Shown piece after piece: positions 59,789-64,000 of a stretch of DNA of 64,000 bases (within the stretch, counting starts at the first letter, position 1; each line of letters opens with the position of its first letter). The notes under the pieces are model-generated. The model ran no database searches. It saw nothing but the letters and a program-made list of their open reading frames with translations, and was not told the origin of the DNA. A program made the translations under genes and the position numbers. Origin of the DNA: Longimicrobiales bacterium (GTDB taxonomy: Bacteria > Gemmatimonadota > Gemmatimonadetes > Longimicrobiales > Gaopeijiaceae); assembly GCA_965226375.1 (NCBI GenBank), contig CBDDCX010000007.1:32001-96000 (forward strand), written 5' to 3'.

Positions 59789-60561
59789 GATGTGGGCTGC
59801 TCCGTGTTTTCTGGGCTCAGAACGGACATGACCGCCTCCTCTACGAGTGTCCCCAGTGTCCTCAAGGTGGCCGCCCCCTCGTCCGCGCTGGCGTCAGCCG
59901 GGAAGCCGAAGTAGGCCTGCGGCCCACCCGACTCGTGGAACGTCGACAGGCCGTCCCGGATCGCGTCCGACAACGACGCGGGATTGGGAGACAGCCCTTT
60001 CCGCACGTCCTCACGCACCAACTCCGGTGCCACGGCCATGACGATCGACGTCTCGTACTGACCGGCATGACACGCGCCCGACTGGAACTCCTCCGTGAGC
60101 TGGGCGGCCAAGACCCTCCTGGTCAGGTCCGGAAAGATGATGGGCAGGTTCACGGCATACGCCCGCTGCACGGCATCGCGAAGAGCAGCGAGATGAGCCG
60201 GATCCAGATGTGCGTTGCACAGCACGAGGGCCCGGGCCCCCTGGGCCGCCGAAGCCCGCGCCACATCTACCACCAGGCGCGTGACCGTCTCACGTGCCAC
60301 GGACACGGTACCTGGAAAGGACTCGGCAAAAGACGCCGGGGTGTAGTCGATGGTGGGTAGAATCACCGGATGCATGCCGCGGATCTCGAGCCTCTGGGCC
60401 GCCTCCTGGGCCCAGGCCTCCGCAATGATCCCGTCCGTACGTAGCGGCAAGTGCGGTCCGTGAGCCTCCACGGCGCCGAGGGGCAACAGCCCGATCCACG
60501 CATTCTTCTGCGCGTCTCGGGCCTCTTCCCAGGTCATCTCGGCTAGTGGACGGATCGGCAT
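59785..60561 (-). CDS. Creatininase/creatinine amidohydrolase family protein
   Basis: MTWEE, PLGAVEAHGPHLPLRTD, FPGTVS, NAH, HAGQYETS. AGGAG RBS; stop overlaps the SDR start. Confidence 0.92.
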   Translation of the reverse strand: MPIRPLAEMTWEEARDAQKNAWIGLLPLGAVEAHGPHLPLRTDGIIAEAWAQEAAQRLEIRGMHPVILPTIDYTPASFAESFPGTVSVARETVTRLVVDVARASAAQGARALVLCNAHLDPAHLAALRDAVQRAYAVNLPIIFPDLTRRVLAAQLTEEFQSGACHAGQYETSIVMAVAPELVREDVRKGLSPNPASLSDAIRDGLSTFHESGGPQAYFGFPADASADEGAATLRTLGTLVEEAVMSVLSPENTEQPTS

Positions 60562-60583
60562 AGATGCTCCTATCATCGGGCTC

Positions 60584-62134
60584 ATGACCACCACGTACCC
60601 CGAACAGTTCAATATCGCCGAGTACTTCCTCGATGCGCGCATCCAGGAGGGGCGCGGGGAGCGGATCGCCCTCCGCACGGATGCGGGTGACCTTACCTAC
60701 GTCGAGGTCCAACAGCTCGCCAACCGCTTCGGCAATGTGCTGCGAGCCGCTGGTGTCCAACCCCGGCAGCGGGTCATCGTCGCTGTGCCCGACGGCCCGG
60801 AATTCGTGGCGGCCCTCTTCGGGGTGCTCAAGATCGGCGCGGTGGTTGTGATGGTCAACCCGGACCTGAAGGCGGACGCCATCGAGTATTTCTACCGCTA
60901 CACGGGCGCGGCTGTCGCCCTGATCCACGCCGATACGGCGGTCCCGTTTCAGGAAGCAGCCGCTGGAGTCGAGACCCTCGAGCGGCTGCTGGTGGTAGGA
61001 GGCGACGAGTTCGAGACGACACTGAACGAAGCGTCCACGGAGATCGAGAACTTTCCTACAGGCCGAGACGACGCTGCCATCTGGCTCTTCTCCGGCGGCA
61101 CCACGGGTCAGCCGAAAGCCGTGGTGCAACCCCATCGCTCCTTCGCCAACACGACGGAGTGCTACGCAAAGGGGCATCTCGGCTATACGGAGGACGACAT
61201 CACCCTGTCTGTGCCGAAGCTCTACTTCGGGTACGCCACCGGGTCCAATCTGCTCTTTCCGTTCTCCGTGGGCGCGTCGGCGGTTCTCTTTCCCGAACGT
61301 TGCCTGACCGATGTCCTATTCGAGAAGATCCGGCGCTTCCGGCCCACCATCCTCATCAACGTGCCCACCATGGTGAACCACATGGTGAGTCACGCGGACG
61401 CGAACACCTACGACCTATCATGCCTGAGGTTGGCGTCATCGGCGGGCGAGGCGCTTCCCATGGAGCTCCACCGTCGGTGGAACGACATGTTCGGTATCGA
61501 CCTGCTGGACGGGCTCGGGACCGCCGAGATGTGGCACGTCTTCATCTCCAACAGACCCGGAGACGTGCGCCCCGGCACGCTCGGGACCATTGTCGAGGGA
61601 TTCGAGGTGATGGTCTGTGATCCCGACGGGAACGAGCTCGCCCCGGGTGAGGTCGGGCTGCTACGCGTCCGGGGGGACTCGCGAGCCATCGGCTACTGGG
61701 AGCAACCCGAAAAGACGCGAGAGGTCTTCCAAGGTCAGTGGTATCTGTCCAGCGACATGGTCAGCCGAGACGCAAAAGGGGTGTTCACCTATGTCGGTCG
61801 CTCCGACGACATGCTCAAGGTCTCCGGTAAGTGGCTGTCGCCCAAGGAGGTCGAGAACTGCCTTCTGCAGCACTCGGCCGTGGACGAATGTGCCGTGGTG
61901 GGGGTGGTGGACGGGGCGGGGCTCACCAAGCCGCACGCGTTCGTCGTGCGGGGGGAAGACTCCGCACATCGGCCGGATGGTGACCTGGCCACCGAGCTGC
62001 AAGTGCACGTGAAGGAGACGCTCGCCCCCTACAAATACCCCCGGCAGATCCACTTCATGGACGACCTGCCCCGGACGCACCTGGGCAAGGTCGATCGAGG
62101 CAAATTGCGGAGTGATACCTCTACGAAGGATTGA
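60584..62134 (+). CDS. Benzoate-CoA ligase family protein, probable anthranilate (2-aminobenzoate)-CoA ligase
   Basis: FSGGTTGQPK, PKLYFGY, SAGEAL, DGLGTAE, GRSDDMLKV.G.W.SP.EVE, LPRT..GK. Substrate is inferred from context. Confidence 0.9.
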   Translation: MTTTYPEQFNIAEYFLDARIQEGRGERIALRTDAGDLTYVEVQQLANRFGNVLRAAGVQPRQRVIVAVPDGPEFVAALFGVLKIGAVVVMVNPDLKADAIEYFYRYTGAAVALIHADTAVPFQEAAAGVETLERLLVVGGDEFETTLNEASTEIENFPTGRDDAAIWLFSGGTTGQPKAVVQPHRSFANTTECYAKGHLGYTEDDITLSVPKLYFGYATGSNLLFPFSVGASAVLFPERCLTDVLFEKIRRFRPTILINVPTMVNHMVSHADANTYDLSCLRLASSAGEALPMELHRRWNDMFGIDLLDGLGTAEMWHVFISNRPGDVRPGTLGTIVEGFEVMVCDPDGNELAPGEVGLLRVRGDSRAIGYWEQPEKTREVFQGQWYLSSDMVSRDAKGVFTYVGRSDDMLKVSGKWLSPKEVENCLLQHSAVDECAVVGVVDGAGLTKPHAFVVRGEDSAHRPDGDLATELQVHVKETLAPYKYPRQIHFMDDLPRTHLGKVDRGKLRSDTSTKD

Positions 62135-64000
62135 TGAGCATGGCGCATGTCCCGAGGCGGCTTCCGAGCCCCGTCACGAGCGGAATCTTCGCACTGGCAT
62201 TCCTCGTCGCCCCGACCTCCGGTAGCGGCCAGGAGCCCGCACTCACGATCGAGCGGATCGTCTCCCAGCCGGCGCTCACCGGCACCGCGCCGTCCGCTCC
62301 GGCCTGGTCGCCCGACAGCCGGCGCCTCGCGTTCCTCTGGAACGACTCCGCGATGCCACGCCGTGAGATATGGATAGTCGAGGGAAACGGCTCGGGATTA
62401 CGTCGTCTCACCCGGGAGACCGAGGGTACGGGAGGAGTGGGCCGCTTCGTTTGGACCCCCGACGGGGCCGCCGTGGTCTATTTCCGATCAGGCGACGTTT
62501 GGCGCATGCCCCTGAACGGAGGGGACGGGGAGCGTCTCACGGAGACCCGCGGCGGAAAATCAAACCTCGCCGTATCACCGAACGGTCGATACGCCTCGTT
62601 CCTGCAGGACGGCGACCTGTGGCTCCTCGACCTCGGAACGGGAATGCTGACCCGGGCGACGGACGTCGGCGTCCCCCCGATCTCGAGCGTGCCACTCGGG
62701 CGCTATAACCGCCCCGACGTCGAGATCGGACCGTACGTGTGGGGCGGTCCCACGTATGCGTGGGCGCCGGACAGCCGGACCATCGCCGTGCACTACGTCG
62801 ATCGTCGCGACATGCGCATCGTGCCCTTTCCGTACTACCTCGGCGAAGAGACGCTGGTCAACAACCTTCGTAGGGGGTATCCAGGCGACCCGAACGAGCA
62901 TCGCACGATCGGATTCTACGGAGTCGAGAGCGGTGAGTTGACACTTCTCGACCTCCCGGACCCCACGGCCAACCGCATCGTTGATTTCTCCTGGTCTCCG
63001 GATGGGATCCTGCTCCTGGACCGAGAATCCGACACCGCCGTGGAGCGTTGGATGCACACGGTCGACCCTGCCAACGGCCGCATGGAGGAAATCTGGCACG
63101 ACAGTCGGGAAACGCGCGTGTACACCTCAATCGCGTCGGCCTGGCACTCCGACGGCGAACGGGTGGTGTTCCTCAGCGACCTCGGCGACCGCTACGGGCT
63201 CTATCTCCTCACTCCGGGAGAGAGGACGCCGACGTTGCTGACGAACGAGCGCTTCGACGTGACGGGAGCGCCACTCGTCGTCTCGGCCGCGTCAGCGATC
63301 TTCTTCCAATCCAACAATCCGAGTCCCTACGAACGGCACGTGTACCGTATCGCGGACGAGGGAGGCAGGGCGACACGAGTCACCACCTTACCGGGTCAGC
63401 ACCAACCATACCCGTCACCGGACGGCACCAGAGTGGCGCTCCTCCACACCGATGACGTGAGTCCGACCGAGTTGTACCTGGCGGAAGCCGGGGGCGACAC
63501 CGCCGAGCGACGCATCACCCACTCACCCCCGCCCGAGTTCACGAGCCGGTCCTGGGCCCGGGCGCGGTACGTGACCTTCCCGAGCCGAATCGACGACTAC
63601 ACGCTGCACGCGCGCATCCTCGAGCCGTCGAACCTCGATCCCACCAAACGGTATCCCGTCGTTTTCGGCCCGGCCTACTCCAACACCGTACGCAATCGCT
63701 GGGCCGGTACCAACGGCACACTCCACCAGCTCTTGGTGGAGCGCGGCTACATCGTGGTTCAGGTCGACGTGCGGGGCAGCACGGGATATGGGCGCCTCTT
63801 CAGAGAGGAGTTCCTCATGGACTTCGGCGGAGAGGACATCGACGACCTCGAGAGCGCCGTCGATTATCTGTCCACGCTGCCCTATGTCGATCCGGATCGA
63901 GTGGGCATCTGGGGCAGCAGCTACGGGGGCACCCTGACGATCTACTCGCTCTTCAAGAAGCCGGGGCTGTTCAAGGCGGGAGTGGCGGGCGCGGCCGCTG
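62134..64000 (+). CDS. Secreted S9 (DPP IV-like) peptidase, 3' end beyond the window
   Basis: Not in the ORF track because there is no stop in the window. Read manually from ATG 62134: signal peptide, WSPD repeats, RYPVV, DVRGSTGYG, GIWGSSYGG. Confidence 0.9.
   Translation, partial: MSMAHVPRRLPSPVTSGIFALAFLVAPTSGSGQEPALTIERIVSQPALTGTAPSAPAWSPDSRRLAFLWNDSAMPRREIWIVEGNGSGLRRLTRETEGTGGVGRFVWTPDGAAVVYFRSGDVWRMPLNGGDGERLTETRGGKSNLAVSPNGRYASFLQDGDLWLLDLGTGMLTRATDVGVPPISSVPLGRYNRPDVEIGPYVWGGPTYAWAPDSRTIAVHYVDRRDMRIVPFPYYLGEETLVNNLRRGYPGDPNEHRTIGFYGVESGELTLLDLPDPTANRIVDFSWSPDGILLLDRESDTAVERWMHTVDPANGRMEEIWHDSRETRVYTSIASAWHSDGERVVFLSDLGDRYGLYLLTPGERTPTLLTNERFDVTGAPLVVSAASAIFFQSNNPSPYERHVYRIADEGGRATRVTTLPGQHQPYPSPDGTRVALLHTDDVSPTELYLAEAGGDTAERRITHSPPPEFTSRSWARARYVTFPSRIDDYTLHARILEPSNLDPTKRYPVVFGPAYSNTVRNRWAGTNGTLHQLLVERGYIVVQVDVRGSTGYGRLFREEFLMDFGGEDIDDLESAVDYLSTLPYVDPDRVGIWGSSYGGTLTIYSLFKKPGLFKAGVAGAAA

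Overview
GC-rich bacterial chromosomal segment. The gene content (ADOP/MacB-type permease, several secreted S9 peptidases, LVIVD and DUF2911 proteins) is reminiscent of Gemmatimonadota/Acidobacteriota, but this taxonomy is inference only. Positions 1-4.5 kb are a decayed defence/mobile island. It holds IS256, IS3 and IS1595 elements or fragments, which interrupt three nuclease-like genes: a DUF6946-like gene, a wHTH + PD-(D/E)xK gene that can be rebuilt exactly around an IS1595 with an 8-bp target duplication, and a phosphorothioate-sensing SBD-HNH endonuclease. The remainder is mostly catabolic and housekeeping: many signal-peptide peptidases/amidohydrolases; an ActP-like sodium:solute symporter pair; an ArsR-type regulator operon with a visible operator; an OsmC/flavoprotein trio; msrA; an NHEJ locus (ligD, ku); and a tryptophan -> anthranilate -> anthraniloyl-CoA catabolic cluster (kynA, kynU, abmA-like, beta-oxidation genes, aryl-CoA ligase). 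Two hypotheses stand out. (1) The Trp cluster lacks kynB but is headed by a creatininase-family amidohydrolase, a candidate non-orthologous formamidase. (2) ku is followed by a MerR-HTH + TPR gene and preceded by a GAAC-N4-GTTT SOS-box-like palindrome over a putative -10. Three single-site frameshifts and several abrupt gene junctions could be real decay or assembly/sequencing error. No rRNA, tRNA or CRISPR array was recognised. All family calls come from motif recognition by eye, not from database searches.
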